Under the pieces are notes generated by a model that was not told the origin of the DNA, made no database searches, and worked only from the letters and a program-made list of their open reading frames with translations. Position numbers and translations under genes: made by a program. Shown one piece after another: positions 62,680-64,000 of a stretch of DNA of 64,000 bases; the stretch's first letter is position 1, and each line of letters starts with the position of its first letter. Source of the stretch: Camelus dromedarius (Eukaryota); NCBI RefSeq assembly GCF_036321535.1, contig NC_087438.1:10294001-10358000 (forward strand), written 5' to 3'.

Positions 62680-63960
62680 ACAATCAATTATTTTTTAAAA
62701 ACTTTTTCTTTAAAGATCATTTTAGATCTTAGAGGGAAGGTGCAGCCCTGAGGCAGCACCGTTAACCAGGACACAGACCTGATTTTGGATTTTGCTTTAG
62801 TCTTTTTTTTTCTGGCTCTGGATCCAATCCAGGACCCACTTCATATTTAGTCTCCTCCAGTCTACTGTGTTCTTCCACTGCTTTGGTTTTTCATGAACTT
62901 GACACTGTTGAGATATTAGCCATCCTTTATTTTGTAAGATGTCCCCCCGCCAATTAGTTTATTTGATGTTTTCTCATGATTCAATGGTGCTTACACATTT
63001 GGGGCAAGAATACCACAAAAATGAAGCTGTGCCCTACTCAGTGTGTCCTATGCAAGGTGGGGGCCACAGGAGGACCTGGACATGTCTGGCGGTGGTAACC
63101 TCGAACACCCAGTTCAAGTAGTGTCTGCAGATTCCCCCACTGAAATTACTGGTGTTCTGTTTGTAATTAATAAATACCTTGTAGGAGATGTGCTGAAACT
63201 ATGCGAATGTTCTCTCTCCTCTTGCCTCTCCCCACTCGTCTTAGCATCCCTGCAACAGCTATTACAGTGGAGGTTGCCTACTGGTGGTTTTCTGTTTTCC
63301 TCATCCCTTTTAAATTTATTCATTAGAATTCTGTCAGGAAGAGTGGTACCTCTGCCTTATGTATGTATGTATGTATGTATGTATGTATGTATGTATGTAT
63401 GTATGTATGTCAGTATGGAGTCATGGAGATGTATTTTATTCAGTACTGTCATGTATTTTGTCGTTCAGATTGTTCCATCTTTGGCCGTTAGGGGTGTCTT
63501 CAGGTCAGCTTCCGTGTACTCGGGACACACCTGCCGTGTCATTTTTGGAGCACTTCCTTGCTTCCTGACAATACGGGATGCTCCTGGCTCATCTGATATT
63601 TTCCTTGCCTCAGCTCTGGATCATCTGTTTCTTTAGGTCTTCTCAGCAGACACGTCTGTTTACCTACCTGTGTGTGCACACGTGTCTATAGTCACATTCT
63701 GTCTCCCTCCCCCCCCCCGTGTGTGTGTGTGTGTACACACGTGTATATACACTATGTACGTAAGTTCATACCACCTGATACCTGTGATTCCTGTCCCACA
63801 ACACGGCATTCATTCTGGCCCTCCTCTGCCTTGCCTTACTTGTAACCTTTTTCTCTGACAGTGAGACACCTGCATCTTGTTATCCAAAATATATTTACTT
63901 ACTTGTTCAATCCTAGTCTAGAACCCATTTTTCCCCTCTTTGGAAATTAAGTATTCTCTT
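62680..63960 (-). mobile_element. Old L1 (L1MC/MD-like) 3'UTR remnant
   Basis: tttcatgaacttgacact...tgatgttttctcatgatt...tttggggcaagaataccaca; gttcagattgttccatctttggcc; boundaries approximate. Confidence 0.65.
63358..63409. repeat. (TATG)13 tetranucleotide microsatellite
   Basis: Perfect tatg repeat. Confidence 0.95.
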
Positions 63961-64000
63961 TACCTAAAATGACTTGGCTTTGAGAGTCTCAAGTCTGCCT

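Noticed and set aside
63043..63636. 197-aa ORF with CMYV repeats
   Set aside because: Translation of the (TATG)n microsatellite inside an old L1 remnant
48848..64000. Apparent loss of the TRIO exon after SH3-1
   Set aside because: This intron is long in mammals as I recall, so the next exon is expected beyond the window end; no evidence of truncation

Overview
Mammalian genomic DNA, most likely a camelid (inferred from a Vic-1-type tRNA-derived SINE at ~41.5 kb). The window is an internal part of TRIO (trio Rho guanine nucleotide exchange factor) on the + strand. It holds 19 consecutive coding exons (1379-48847, 2449 nt), which splice into one uninterrupted reading frame. They correspond to roughly exons 16-34 / residues ~919-1734 in human numbering recalled from memory, and encode the C-terminal spectrin repeats, the DH1-PH1 (GEF1) module and the first SH3 domain. 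The last 15 kb is the start of the following long intron. The introns contain ordinary mammalian repeats (L1, L2, MIR, MaLR LTRs, hAT and Tigger MITEs); subfamily names come from recognition, not from a search. There is no prokaryotic or CRISPR-type system. The most notable observations are: (1) a GC-AG intron; (2) a candidate internal promoter and phase-compatible alternative first exon at ~61.4-61.9 kb; (3) intron read-through tails after exons 33 and 34, one ending in a PDZ-type motif and one resembling the next exon; (4) a TSD-flanked insertion that looks like an L1 3' transduction; (5) a possible old Tc1-like inverted-repeat element; (6) co-oriented CTCF motifs. Apart from the GC donor, these are hypotheses drawn from the sequence alone.
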